Position numbers and translations under genes: made by a program
Assembly (NCBI GenBank): GCA_963715865.1
Contig: OY970280.1
Span: forward strand, 96,001 to 160,000
DNA: 64,000 nt
From: Candidatus Bathyarchaeota archaeon
GTDB taxonomy: Archaea > Thermoproteota > Bathyarchaeia > Bathyarchaeales > Bathycorpusculaceae
Direction of reading: 5' to 3'
Notes under the pieces: model-generated
What the model was told of the DNA's origin: nothing
Seen by the model: only the letters and a program-made list of their open reading frames with translations
The model's database searches: none
In this document: one piece after another, positions 37,718-49,000 of the stretch
Numbering within the stretch: position 1 is the stretch's first letter
Layout of the letters: each line of letters begins with the position of its first letter

Positions 37718-39037
37718 TTGTGTTTATCGATGTTTTCAGCTTTTGCGCCAAAAGTGAATTCCCAACAGTCCACTGTAGATTGGTCGCCCATGTTTCATCA
37801 TGACCTAGCGCACACAGGTTACTCCTCTTCAACAGGGCCGCTCACAAATGAATCCTTATGGAGCTTTCCGACAGATAATTCTCTGGAATATCTTTCTCCC
37901 GCTGTTGTCAATGGGGTAGTTTACGTCGGTTCTGACGATGATAGTGTTTATGCTTTGAATGCTACAACTGGTTCCAAGATTTGGAGTTACGCGACGGGTG
38001 GTGCTGTCGAGTCTTCTCCTGCGGTTGCAAACGGCGTGGTTTACATAGGCTCAGACGACCATAATGTCTATGCTTTGAACGTCATAACGGGCGTTAAGAT
38101 ATGGAACTACACTACTGGTGGTGAGGTGTATTCTTCGCCTTCTGTAGTTAATGGGGTGGTTTACGTTGGCTCAAATGACTTTAATGTTTATGCTTTAAAT
38201 GCTGCAACGGGTAGCAAGATATGGAGTTACTCGACTGGCAATTACGTTTATTCTTCGCCTGCGGTCGTTAACGGCGTGGTCTACGTCGACTCGTACATCG
38301 ACGTTTATGCTTTGAACGCTAAATCTGGCAGCAAAATCTGGAGCTACGCTACAGGTGGCGCAATGTTTTCTTCTCCTGCAGTTGTTAATGGTCTATTGTA
38401 CGTTGGCTCAAACGATAACGTTTATGCTTTGAACGCTAAAGCCGGCAGCAAAATATGGAACTACACTACCGGTGGTGTCGTGGAGTCTTCCCCTGCGGTC
38501 GCTAACGGCGTGGTTTACGTTGGCTCAGACGACAACAACATTTATGCTTTGAACGCTGAAACGGGTGGCAAGATATGGAGCTATGCGACCGGCAATATCG
38601 TAGATTCAAGTCCATTTGTTGCTAACGGCGTGGTTTACGTTGGCTCAGAGGACGATAATGTTTACGCTTTAAACGCTACAACAGGCGGCAAAATATGGAG
38701 CTTTGCGACGGGTAGTGCCGTGGAGTCTTCTCCTGCGGTAGTTAATGGGGTGGTTTACGTTGGCTCAGACGACAACAACGTGTACGCTTTTGGTTCAATT
38801 GCAGTTCCTCAACCGTCCCCACCCTTGCCTTCTCCGTCTCCTTCGTCCAGTCCTTCTGCTTCTTCAAAACCCTCAACTTCAACAATTAGTAATGGTTCCC
38901 TTTTTATTATCATAGGCATTATCATAATTGTAGTCATAATCATAGGTTTAGTAGTTGGACTTAGTGTGAAAAAAAGCACATCAAAAACCAATAACTCAAC
39001 AATGTGCACTGCTTTGTCCCGTGCTAATTATCCATAA
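37718..39037 (+). CDS. Secreted PQQ-like/BamB-type beta-propeller protein with a C-terminal membrane anchor
   Basis: Signal-like N-terminus, 8 repeats W(S/N)(Y/F)xTG..V.SSPAV.NGVVYVGS.D.NVYALNA, P/S linker, TM helix. Confidence 0.9.
   Translation: MCLSMFSAFAPKVNSQQSTVDWSPMFHHDLAHTGYSSSTGPLTNESLWSFPTDNSLEYLSPAVVNGVVYVGSDDDSVYALNATTGSKIWSYATGGAVESSPAVANGVVYIGSDDHNVYALNVITGVKIWNYTTGGEVYSSPSVVNGVVYVGSNDFNVYALNAATGSKIWSYSTGNYVYSSPAVVNGVVYVDSYIDVYALNAKSGSKIWSYATGGAMFSSPAVVNGLLYVGSNDNVYALNAKAGSKIWNYTTGGVVESSPAVANGVVYVGSDDNNIYALNAETGGKIWSYATGNIVDSSPFVANGVVYVGSEDDNVYALNATTGGKIWSFATGSAVESSPAVVNGVVYVGSDDNNVYAFGSIAVPQPSPPLPSPSPSSSPSASSKPSTSTISNGSLFIIIGIIIIVVIIIGLVVGLSVKKSTSKTNNSTMCTALSRANYP
37853..38790 (+). 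repeat. Coding tandem repeat, about 120-bp units x8 (propeller blades)
   Basis: Recurrent gtttacgttggctcagacgac...tatgctttgaac...aagatatggag in frame. Confidence 0.85.
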
Positions 39038-39203
39038 TTCTTTACGCGTTTAACTGCTTGAGCTATTCGGTTAGTTTTCCTTTTGTTGTTATAAGCGACA
39101 GTGATTGGCTGACAGACAGAGTGACAAGCATCATTCTCTTTTTTGTGTGTGTGGGATTAAAATTTAATTAGTTACCTAATTTCACCACTCACTTAGGGCT
39201 TTT

Positions 39204-40070
39204 GTGTTAGTCTCGGTAATGCTTTTCAATAAGTGCCATAATATCAAAGGTGAAGGTGCAAAGAAGTTGAATGAGGCGAAACCAGTAATCCTTAAAATCG
39301 GCGGCTCAGCCATCACCGACAAAACAGGGGAATTAGCCGCGAAAACAGAAGTGATAAACCGCTTAGCGGAGGAAATCAAGCGGGCGGATCTTGATAACTT
39401 GATAATTGTTCATGGCGGCGGCAGCTTTGGCCACCCGACCGCGCAGAAGTACGGCATAAAAGACGGCTACAAAAATGAGCCAACACAAAAACTCGGCTTC
39501 GCCGAAACCCACCATGTAATGACTGTGCTGAACGGGTTAGTTATGGATGCGCTTATTTGGCATGAAATTCCAGCCGTAAGCATAGCGCCATCATCCTGCA
39601 TCATAACTGAGAATGGCAAGGTTAAATTTTTTGACGAAACCGTCCTCAAAGCAATAGCGAAAATGGTGTTTACGCCTGTTCTGTATGGAGATGCAGTTTT
39701 AGATGACAAATTAGGCTTCACAGTCCTTTCAGGCGACCAATTGGTTGCTTACTTAGCAATCAAGTATAAGGCTTCAAAAATCGTGGTAGGCGTGGATACA
39801 GACGGCTTGTTTGATGCTGACCCGAAAACTAACCCGAACGCGAAGCCATACAAGCACTTAACGCTGGCAGAGTTAAAGCAGATTCAGCCTAAACTCGGCA
39901 AGGCGGCAGGCGCAGATGTTACAGGCGGCATGGCGGGCAAAATCGCTGAGCTTATCCCCGCTATAGAGCAGGGAATTCCCGTTACAGTTACAGGTGCCAC
40001 GAAAGCGTTATCTATTTACAGAGCACTAACAGACCAAAGTGTATTAGGCACTGAAATCGAGAAGGCGTAA
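39204..40070 (+). CDS. ipk: Isopentenyl phosphate kinase
   Basis: ILKIGGSAITDK, VHGGGSFGH, PVLYGD, LSGDQ, DVTGGMAGK. Confidence 0.93.
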   Translation: MLVSVMLFNKCHNIKGEGAKKLNEAKPVILKIGGSAITDKTGELAAKTEVINRLAEEIKRADLDNLIIVHGGGSFGHPTAQKYGIKDGYKNEPTQKLGFAETHHVMTVLNGLVMDALIWHEIPAVSIAPSSCIITENGKVKFFDETVLKAIAKMVFTPVLYGDAVLDDKLGFTVLSGDQLVAYLAIKYKASKIVVGVDTDGLFDADPKTNPNAKPYKHLTLAELKQIQPKLGKAAGADVTGGMAGKIAELIPAIEQGIPVTVTGATKALSIYRALTDQSVLGTEIEKA

Positions 40071-40071
40071 G

Positions 40072-41160
40072 ATGGCTGAAAAAACCGAAAAACGCAAAGC
40101 AGAACACATAAGAATTTGCTTAGAACAAAAAGCCCAAGCAAGAAAAGCCACCGCAGGCTTCGAAGACATCCAACTGATTCACAGAGCCCTGCCAGAAGTT
40201 GACAGGCAAAAAATCAGATTATCCACATCTTTCTTGGGCAAACAACTCTCGGCGCCATTAATTGTTGGCGCCATGACAGGCGGAACAGAAGAAGCAACCC
40301 AAATAAACGCTTCAATCGCAGAAGCCGTGGAAAAACTTGGTTTGGGCATGGGTGTAGGAAGCCAAAGAGCAGCCATCGAAGACAAAAAACTCGAAAAAAC
40401 CTACGCCATAGCACGCAAAAAAGCGCCTTCTGCCTTCTTAATTGCCAACATCGGCGGAGTACAACTTGTTCACGGATACGGCTTAAAAGAAGTCAAAAAA
40501 GTCATTGAAATGATAGATGCCGATGCTGTGGCGGTGCACTTGAATGCGGTGCAGGAAGCGGTTCAGCCTGAAGGACAAACCAACTTCAAAGGCGTATTAA
40601 CGAAAATCGGCGAAATTGCAGGTGAACTTGACAAGCCTGTGATAGTTAAAGAGACAGGTTGCGGCATTTCAGCGGAAGATGCAAAGGCGCTTGAGGCTGC
40701 AGGCGTAAAAGCCATAGATGTCGGCGGCGTAGGCGGAACAAGTTTTGCAGCTGTTGAATATTACCGTTCAACAAACCTAAATAATATGGGCGAAGTTTTT
40801 TGGGATTGGGGCATCCCGACCGCTGTAAGCCTAATTGAAACGACACAGAGCGTGAAGATTCCAGTGATTGCTTCTGGCGGAGTACGAAGCGGCTTAGATA
40901 TAGCTAAGTCTTTAGCGTTAAACGCAAGCTTAGCCAGCATCTCTCAGCCTGTGCTTGAAGCTGCAGTTAAAGGGGCAAAGGAAACTGAGAAATTGCTTTC
41001 TCGTTTAATTGATGAGTTGCGTAATGCTATGTTTCTTGTGGGCGCTGAGAACCTTGAATCCTTAGCTAAAGTGCCCGTAGTCATAAGTGGAAAAACTGCA
41101 GGGTGGCTAAACATGAGAGGCTTCAGCATAAAGAAGTATGCGCAGAGAGGAGCACGTTAA
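40072..41160 (+). CDS. fni: Type 2 isopentenyl-diphosphate delta-isomerase
   Basis: RKAEHI, AMTGG, GVGSQR, HLNAVQEAVQPEG, VKETGCG, GGTSFAAVE, WDWGIPT. Confidence 0.96.
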   Translation: MAEKTEKRKAEHIRICLEQKAQARKATAGFEDIQLIHRALPEVDRQKIRLSTSFLGKQLSAPLIVGAMTGGTEEATQINASIAEAVEKLGLGMGVGSQRAAIEDKKLEKTYAIARKKAPSAFLIANIGGVQLVHGYGLKEVKKVIEMIDADAVAVHLNAVQEAVQPEGQTNFKGVLTKIGEIAGELDKPVIVKETGCGISAEDAKALEAAGVKAIDVGGVGGTSFAAVEYYRSTNLNNMGEVFWDWGIPTAVSLIETTQSVKIPVIASGGVRSGLDIAKSLALNASLASISQPVLEAAVKGAKETEKLLSRLIDELRNAMFLVGAENLESLAKVPVVISGKTAGWLNMRGFSIKKYAQRGAR

Positions 41161-41163
41161 CGT

Positions 41164-42236
41164 TTGGATATTGAAAAGTTTCTTGAAGAAAAGGCACCCT
41201 TAATCGACAAGGCTATTGAAAAGTATATTCCGCGAAAATTCAGCAAAACCTCGGTTCTCTTCAAGGTTAATCCGCCAATGTACAGTTACAACTTACAACC
41301 CCTAAACAAAGCCATTGCAGAGCCCGTCTGGGACATGCTGGATAGGGGCGGAAAAAGGTGGCGTCCAGCCCTCTTCCTATTGATCTGCGAAGCATTAGGC
41401 AAAGACTCAGATTACTGTTTAGACTTCTCCATTATCCCCGAAGTCATCCATAACGGCACGCTGGTTATTGACGATATTGAAGATTCCTCGGAATTGCGGC
41501 GAGGCAAACCGTGCACATACAAAATTTTCAAAACGGACATCGCTGTTAACGCTGGAAACGCCATGTATTACCTGCCGCTTCTGCCGTTAATGACGCAAAA
41601 AGCAAAACTTACCCCTGAAATGCAACGAGACGTTTACGAGGTTTACGTGCAAGAAATGATTAACCTTAGCATGGGACAAGCCATGGACATTGCATGGCAC
41701 AGGGGCATAGCTAACGCGGACGCATTAGACGAAGAGGATTACTTGCAGATGTGCGCTTACAAAACAGGCACTCTGGCACGCATGGCAGCAAAAATGGCGG
41801 CGGTGCTAGCAGGCGCCAACAAGCCACTAGTTGAAAAACTGGGACGGTTCGCCGAAAGCATAGGAGTCGCGTTCCAAATGCAGGACGACGTTTTAGATTT
41901 AACTGGTGTAGAGTTTGCCAAAAAGAAAGGTGGCGTTGGACAGGATATTACTGAGGGCAAAAGAAGCATTAATGGTTATTTACACGCTGAAAAAGGCGAA
42001 TAGCGCTGACAACAAGCGGCTTATTGAAATTTTGAACATGCACACTTCCGACCAAGCCTTACGGGACGAAGCAATATCCTTGATGCAAAAGTACAATGCC
42101 ATAGAACATGTTAAGCGTACAGCAGCGCGGATTGTTGAGGAAAGCTGGATTGAAGCTGAAAAGCTTTTGCCGACGCCTGAGGCTAAGGAAAAATTAAAAG
42201 CGTTCGCCGAATTCTTGATTAAAACGAAACAAGTAA
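41164..42236 (+). CDS. idsA: Polyprenyl (GGPP) synthase, interrupted by +1 frameshifts near 41968 and 42222
   Basis: GGKRWRP, DDIEDSSELRRG, GQAMD, KTG, FQMQDDVLD, GQDITEGKRS; continues in another frame as LMVIYTL. Confidence 0.85.
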
Positions 42237-42258
42237 CATTTCAGCGAGCGTAAAAATA

Positions 42259-44013
42259 TTGGCACTTGAAAACGATAAGGGACTTAAAGAGCTTATTCGC
42301 AAAGCCGCCTTGTTAAACGCGGTTTCGCACGACGGCAAAGCTCAAGCAGGCGCGATTGTAGGCAAAATTCTTGGTGAAAGAGCGGACCTGCGAACAAAAG
42401 TAAAAGAGCTCTCAAGCCTAATCAACCAAGTCGTAAATGAAGTTAACAGCCTTTCCCTTGCAGAGCAGAAAGCAATTGTTGAGAAAAATTGGCCTGAAAC
42501 CCAAAAGAAAGAGAAAGCAGAAGAAAAACGTCTCCCGCCATTGCCTAACGCGGATAAGTATCCTCAGATAGTGACGCGTTTTTCTCCGAACCCTGACTGC
42601 GTTCTGCATTTGGGTTCAGCAAGAGCCATCATACTAAGCCACGAGTACGCCCGCATGTACAACGGCAAATTCATTCTCCGCTTCGAAGACACAGACCCTA
42701 AAATGAAAAAGCCGTCCCTAATATTTTATGATAGCATCAGGCAGGATTTGAAGTGGCTCGGCTGCAAAGTTGACGAGGAATACATCCAAAGCGACAGACT
42801 GCCAATCTACTATGAGTACACAGAGCGGCTGATACGGGATGGCAACGCTTACGTTTGCGAGTGCCCGCCTGAAGAGTTTAGAAAAAAAACCTTAGCCAAA
42901 GAGCCCTGCCCTTGCCGAATCTTGCCAGCAGCCGAGAACTTGGAACGCTGGAAACGCATGCTAAACGGCGGTTACACGGAAGGGCAAGCAGTGGTTCGTG
43001 TGAAAACTGATTTGGAGCATCCGAACCCAGCGGTCAGAGACTGGCCAGCCTTGCGCGTGATTGATACTAAGAAGTATCCGCATCCGAGGGTTGGAAGCAA
43101 ATACATCGTTTGGCCCCTCTACAATTTAGCGGCTGGCTTAGACGACCATCTGATGGGCATGACACACATCATCCGAGGGAAAGAGCACTACACGAACATG
43201 GTTCGCCAGAAGTACATGTATGAGCATTTAGGCTGGAAATACCCCGAAGCCATACATTACGGCAGACTAAAAATCACAGGCGCTTTCTTGAGCAAGTCAA
43301 AGATTGTTCAGGGAATAAGGGAAGGCATCTACGCAGGCTTTGACGACCCACGCCTAGGCACATTTGCAGCTTTACGGAAACGAGGAATCACGCCTGAAGC
43401 TATCAAGAAAATGATTATTGACGTTGGAACAAAATCAAACGATGTTACCTTAAGCTGGGAAAACCTGTTCTCGTACAACCGCAAAATCCTCGACGCCACA
43501 AGCAACAGGTACTTCTTCGTGCCCGAGCCTGTTGAACTAAAAGTTTTACAAGTGCCGAAAACTTTCCATGCCAAACTTCCCCTGCATCCAGATAAGCCCG
43601 AGCGGCGGCTTTAGAGAATATATTGTAACGCCTGAAGGAAACGACAAAGCCGTTGCTTTTTGGATTGCAAAGAAGGATGCAGAAGCGATGGAAAATGGCA
43701 AAGTAATTAGGCTTATGGAGCTCTTTAACATCAAAATCGAAAACAAAACAGGCAATTCAGTAACCGCGACATTCGCAAGCGAATCCTATGAAGACGTTAG
43801 AAAAATTAAAGCCCAGCTTATCCAGTGGATACCGAAAGGCGAGGAGTTTCCATGCCAAGTAATAATGCCAGATGCCTCGGTAACTGAAGGGTTTGCTGAG
43901 AGTGCCTGCAAAAAGTTAAAGCCAGACGCTATAATACAGTTTGAACGCTTCGGATTCGTCACGCATAAACGAAGCTAGACCAGAAATTAGTCGCTTATTA
44001 CGCTCACAAATAA
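42259..44013 (+). CDS. gltX: Glutamyl-tRNA synthetase, interrupted by +1 frameshifts near 43604 and at two sites in 43960-43986
   Basis: RFSPNP...HLGS, RFEDTDP, IIRGKEH, LSKS; continuation GFREY...QFERFGFV and inferred end LVAYYAHK*. Confidence 0.88.
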
Positions 44014-44031
44014 GAGTAATGGTGAATCAAC

Positions 44032-44334
44032 ATGAGAAAACTCGATAAAGCAATAATTTGGCCAATCTACTTCGACTCCTCTAAAACCAGAAAAGAAGGA
44101 CGCCGAGTCCCAAAAAATTTGGCAGTGCAATCCCCAAAAATCACAGAACTCAAAGAAGCAGCTGACCGATTGGGCTTAAAGAACGAAGTTAACCTTGAAG
44201 CTCATTTTCCCAAAATGCCTTGGGCTAAGACTGGAATGTTGCTTGTTGAAAAGAAAGAAGCAAAAGAAAAGATAATACAGAAAATTGCAAAACAATTAGT
44301 GAAGATTAAAAGTGCACCTGCAAAACCGCAGTAA
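44032..44334 (+). CDS. srp19: Signal recognition particle protein SRP19
   Basis: IIWPIYFDSSKTRKEGRRVPK.LAV..PK. Confidence 0.93.
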   Translation: MRKLDKAIIWPIYFDSSKTRKEGRRVPKNLAVQSPKITELKEAADRLGLKNEVNLEAHFPKMPWAKTGMLLVEKKEAKEKIIQKIAKQLVKIKSAPAKPQ

Positions 44335-44337
44335 AAT

Positions 44338-44730
44338 TTAGCTTTTCTCTTTGCCTATGAAAACAGCGTTGATTACGCCGTCGTTGCCTGGGCGACTGGT
44401 AACTTTTGCAAGTCCCAGTGCGGTTTCTATTTCTGCGCCTTTAGTTATTACGCCTCTTCGGTTGTAGTCAACGTTAGCAGCGTTTCTAACCACGCGGGTG
44501 ATTTCGGTTTTTTGTGTTTTGCCTGTTTTAGGGTCGGTTACTGAAGCGTACTTGTCGCTTAAGACTTTGACTTTTGTGTTGCCGCCTAAGCCTCTGGAAG
44601 TTTTCCTTTTGGGTTCACCAAGGATTGTTTCAGCTGGGTATCCGCCTTGCTCGTATTTTTTCTTTGATCGGTAAGCTCTTTTTTTGCCGCCTGTGAGTTT
44701 TCTTTTGCGTAAACTGCTATGCCAAGACAT
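44338..44730 (-). CDS. rps8e: 30S ribosomal protein S8e
   Basis: RKLTGGK...NVDYNRRGVITKGA.IET.LG.AKVTSRPGNDG. Confidence 0.96.
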   Translation of the reverse strand: MSWHSSLRKRKLTGGKKRAYRSKKKYEQGGYPAETILGEPKRKTSRGLGGNTKVKVLSDKYASVTDPKTGKTQKTEITRVVRNAANVDYNRRGVITKGAEIETALGLAKVTSRPGNDGVINAVFIGKEKS

Positions 44731-44806
44731 ATTCTACATTTCCCTTTTTCGATATCTAATTCGAGTAGTCACTAAAACTGTTAATTTCCATATAAACGTA
44801 TCCGTT

Positions 44807-45406
44807 TTAAGTTTGTTCATCGTCCTTTAATGCTTCGCCGAAAATGCGTTTTAACTCTTTCTTCATCATGCTTGTATCATGTGTTAATCCGAAATAATCT
44901 GCAAAATAATCAGTAGTCTTTAAAGCCATCGTACGCCCGCTTCTTTCAGCAGTAATTAGCCCCATATCCTTCAGCAACTTCACATGACCATACGCGTGTT
45001 GTCCCCTGACATCAACAACGCGTTTCTGAGAAACAGGCTGCCGGTAAGCAATGTAAGAGAGCGTTTTTAACGGTCCAGAAGACAGCAGAGGTCTGTTCAC
45101 AAGTTTTTTAATCAAGGGCGTGAATTCTGCTTTTACCTGCAAAACGTAACGTTCGTCTTTTAACGCTAAGATTTCAAGCGCCGTGTTCCTAGAAGCGTAT
45201 TCTTGCATGAGCGTGTCAGCGTACTTCTGCACTTTCTTCTTTGAGCGGCTGCCTATAACTTGGCATAGCTCGTTGAGGTCTAATGGGCGACCAGCCACGT
45301 ACAGCGCAGCCTCTAACAGTGCCAAGTAATGAGCTTTCCGCTCGGCATCCTGAGCTTGCTCAGCGTCTTGGTTTGAATCAACTGTTTGGTTTTTCGGCTT
45401 TTCCAA
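44807..45406 (-). CDS. scpB: Segregation/condensation protein B
   Basis: LEAALYVAGRPL, LKTLSYIAYRQPV, TTDYFADYFGL. Confidence 0.93.
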   Translation of the reverse strand: MEKPKNQTVDSNQDAEQAQDAERKAHYLALLEAALYVAGRPLDLNELCQVIGSRSKKKVQKYADTLMQEYASRNTALEILALKDERYVLQVKAEFTPLIKKLVNRPLLSSGPLKTLSYIAYRQPVSQKRVVDVRGQHAYGHVKLLKDMGLITAERSGRTMALKTTDYFADYFGLTHDTSMMKKELKRIFGEALKDDEQT

Positions 45407-46082
45407 CGTTCAGTTTCCCCACGGCAATGTATAATTCTTCTGTTTCTTCGTTCTGCCATAAACTCACTAAGCCATCCTGCGCTAAAAACAAGAGGTAAAT
45501 AAACATTCTTAGTGCTTCGATTCTAGTTGCACCTTTCGACAGGGTTGAAAAATCGATTATTCCTGCACCCTTCACTTTTTCGCATAAAATAGCGTACAAC
45601 TTATCAATCTGCAACTTAAGTTCAGCAAGATACTTGTCAAACTGCGGTATCAAATCTGAAACCGATGGAAGAACAGGATGCTGCTCAATTGCATGGTTAA
45701 GATGAAGCATTTTTTCACCCTTCAACACATCATCCAATACCTCAAGCAAATGCTGAATTGTCGTAGAAGTTAACTCGTGCCTCAACGGCAAAAACAAAGG
45801 CGGTGGAACATAATCCTGCGGACCCTTAGGCGGGGCAGGCGGCTCTTGCAAAGTAAGCAACAGTTTAGATTTCATCAAGTAAATCAAAGCTGAAGAATCC
45901 AACGCGACGCCTGAAGCTCGGAAATCAACCTTGTCGGTTCTCTCCATTTCAGTAAGAAACGACCGTAACAGGTAAGCTATGTTAACGTTCCATGGAGTAA
46001 GCTTCTCAAGTTTGCTAATTTCGAACAGAATATTCCACGGAGGTCTCAGGTAAAATGGCTTTCTGATTGGTGTTGTCGACAT
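45378..46082 (-). CDS. scpA: Segregation/condensation protein A (kleisin)
   Basis: PWNVNI..L...F, DFRASG.AL.SSA.I...KS, FIYLLFLAQDG.VSLWQ. Confidence 0.88.
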   Translation of the reverse strand: MSTTPIRKPFYLRPPWNILFEISKLEKLTPWNVNIAYLLRSFLTEMERTDKVDFRASGVALDSSALIYLMKSKLLLTLQEPPAPPKGPQDYVPPPLFLPLRHELTSTTIQHLLEVLDDVLKGEKMLHLNHAIEQHPVLPSVSDLIPQFDKYLAELKLQIDKLYAILCEKVKGAGIIDFSTLSKGATRIEALRMFIYLLFLAQDGLVSLWQNEETEELYIAVGKLNVGKAEKPNS

Positions 46083-49000
46083 TTAGCTTGGTGCCTCCGC
46101 TGGGAATTTTGCAGTCACAACGTTGGAAACTCCGTTGAGTTCGTAAACTCCGTAGACTTTCTGTGCTTTGGTAACCATTTCAGGCTTCAAGGTGATGACT
46201 ATGAACTGGATTTTTCCAGCTTCTTCAAGCAGTACTTCTGCAAGTTTTGCGGTGTGGAAGGCGTCTAAGTGTGCGTCAACCTCGTCGAGAATGTAGAATG
46301 ACGCAGGCGTAAACTCTTTTAGCGAGAATATGAAGCTGACTGCTGAAACGGAACGTTCACCACCGCTTGCCCCACTTACAATAATTGATGGCTTATTTGG
46401 GAACTGCACAACCATGTCTATGCCGCCAGCGAAGGGGTCATCAGGGTTTTCAAGTTTTAACGTGGCTTCTCCCCCGCCGGTGAGTTTGGAAAAGTAAACC
46501 TTCAGGCTGGTGTTGATTTTTTCAAAAGCGGTCATGAAAACCTTGCGTTTTTTAGCTTCAATTTCATCCATAAACTGTACGATGGCTTGTTTTTCTCTTT
46601 CCAACTCGTTTAAGCGTACGGATAATTCTCTGTACCTTGAGTTTTGCTCTGAGTAATGTGAAAGTGCAAGCTGGTTTATGGCGCCTATTCTCTCCAGTTC
46701 AAACTGCATCATGCGGATGATTGTTTCTGCTTCCTCAACCTGCTTCTGATTGGCTTCTAAAGGCTGTTCATAGCCAAGCTGGCGAAGTTGACCTTGAAGT
46801 TGCTGAAGACGCAGTTGAATAGTTTCCATGCTAAGCTGAAGCTGGTTCAGAAGCGCTTCTGCCTGCTCATACTCTGAATCAAGCAACCGTAACTCAGCGT
46901 CAATAGCATCTATCTGGAAAGTGAACTTTTTGGATTCTTCACGGGCAGAAAAAACCGCCTTTGAGAGTTCAACACGGCTTTTATCTTGCTCATCTAGTTC
47001 TTTCTTGATTGATTCGCGCTCCTGAAGTGCCTCGGCAACCTCTTTGTCGAGTTTTCTTTGCTGTTGCTCAACCTTAGAAATCTGTATCTTAATATTTTTG
47101 TATCCATTTCTCAGTACTTTGTCGAATTGTGATTGGTAGGTTGAAATTTCCGTTTGCGTGGAGCCTGAGTTTTGGCGGAGCGTGTTCATTTCTTCCGCAA
47201 GTTTTTCCCGTTGAACCTCAAGTTCTTGGATGTGTGCCATGTCAGTTTTTAATCTTAAAGTGGCTATGTCCGTGTGTAGTTTTTGGAGCGCTTTCTGGAT
47301 AGAGTTTCTCTCATTCATGTACATGCTCATGCGGCCTTTGTAAGATGCAGCTTCGCGTTCAAGTTTGCCGCCGTATTTTTCTGTATGCCGAATGTTGAAT
47401 TGTGTTCTTTTAACGCTTCGTTTAATTCTCACTATTTCCCTGTCTAAAGTGGCAATGGATTCTGAAAGCCGTGTGATCTCAATTTTGGTTCGCTCAATTT
47501 CTTCTTCTATACCTGAAATGTCAGTTCCTCTTTGAGTAAGGTGTTGCTGGAGGGCTTTCACTGCTTCGTCTAAACTGTTTAGTGCACCTTCGCTTGGAAT
47601 AATTGTTGAGAAATCTATTGGCGCACGGTAATAGCCGCTTTCAAAAGCGCCAGGCTCATACAAGTCACCATTAACTGTGACCGCGCGGTAGCCTTCGTTT
47701 GAAAGTGCAAAAGCTGTTTTATCGTTTGAGACTACTATTGTGTCTCCGAAAACATAGTTCACCGCCAGCTCATAAGCACTTTCATACCTCATGAAGTTTG
47801 AGAGGGCGCCTGCTACTCCGTCTCGGCTGGGTGTTTCCTTATTTTTAAGGTTGATTGCTCCCTGCAATGGAATAATTTTGACTCTGCCCAGTTTCATGCG
47901 CCTAAGCGTTTCAGTGCACATGAAGGCTGAGTCGATGTCCGCTACAACTAAAGCGTCAAGCCATCCGGTTGCGGCTGCTTCTATGGCTTTCTTGTAGTTT
48001 TTGTCGATTTTTATTAAATTGCGTAATCTACCGTAGATTCCACTTATTGCGCCGACATTACCCATTTCCTCTATGCTTCTCAGGGCTTTTTCTCCAGTAG
48101 CTATGGTTGCGGCAAGGTCTCTTTGAGTGGCGAATTCTATTACGGCTTCTTTAGCTGAACTGGCTATTCTTTCCGCTTCTGTGATTTCTTTTTCAACAGC
48201 TTCTTTTTGGGCTTTTTTGCGTTCGATTGTGTGTTCAAGATTTTTAAGTTGATTTTTCTGGTCCTTTTGAACCTGCTCTAGCTCAGACAGTGACTTTTCG
48301 ATTTCGACTAAGCTTGTCTGGAATTTTTCTTTTCGTACGTTTAAGTTTTTGATTCTTCCATTGCAGAGTCGAAGTGCTGCTTTGTCTTTTGTATATTCTG
48401 AGTGTAAATATGCGAGTCGTTTAACGTGATTTTCGATTTCGGCTTCCATAGCTCGTATTTGCTGGTTGTTATCGCCAAGTCCTTCCCAAAGCTGCGTGGT
48501 TTCTTTTGCCAGCGCGTCATGGTCCAACTCTTTTTGTGTTGTTTGGTTTTTGATTTTTTCATATTCACTGCGAAAAGCTCGGATTTTTAACCGGTTTTCC
48601 CGTATCTCGTTTCTTATATTTTCCTGTTGGGCTATGTTGTTTTCTCTTATGCGCTTTAAGCTTTCAAGGCTACCTTGCCCAGAACTGATTTTTGTTGATA
48701 ATTCTGTGAGTTTAGATCTTAACTCGCCAATCATTATTTGAACCTTAAGAACTTGTGAACCGCCCTCTTCAAGGTTTTCGCCGCTGAGTTTTCGCCAGTC
48801 AGCCTCGACTGCGTGCCGTTTTGACCTGCGCAGGTCACGCTGCACTTTTAATTTGTCAACTCTGGCTTTCACTTTTTCAGTTTGGCTAGTCGTTTCATTT
48901 ATTTTAGCGTTTAATTGCGTTATATCGTTTGAGATTTTGATTGCTTGGAACTTTTTAGTTTCACTCTGGATGAAATTATAGCGTAAAAGTTGGTTGCGTT

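Noticed and set aside
37853-38790. CRISPR array or non-coding tandem repeat
   Set aside because: Repeats are in-frame beta-propeller blades with no unique spacers; I saw no CRISPR array or cas gene anywhere in the window.
41960-44013. BHB micro-introns or programmed frameshifting in idsA and gltX
   Set aside because: The discrepancies are single bases, too small for introns, and mostly lack slippery sites; assembly error is more parsimonious.
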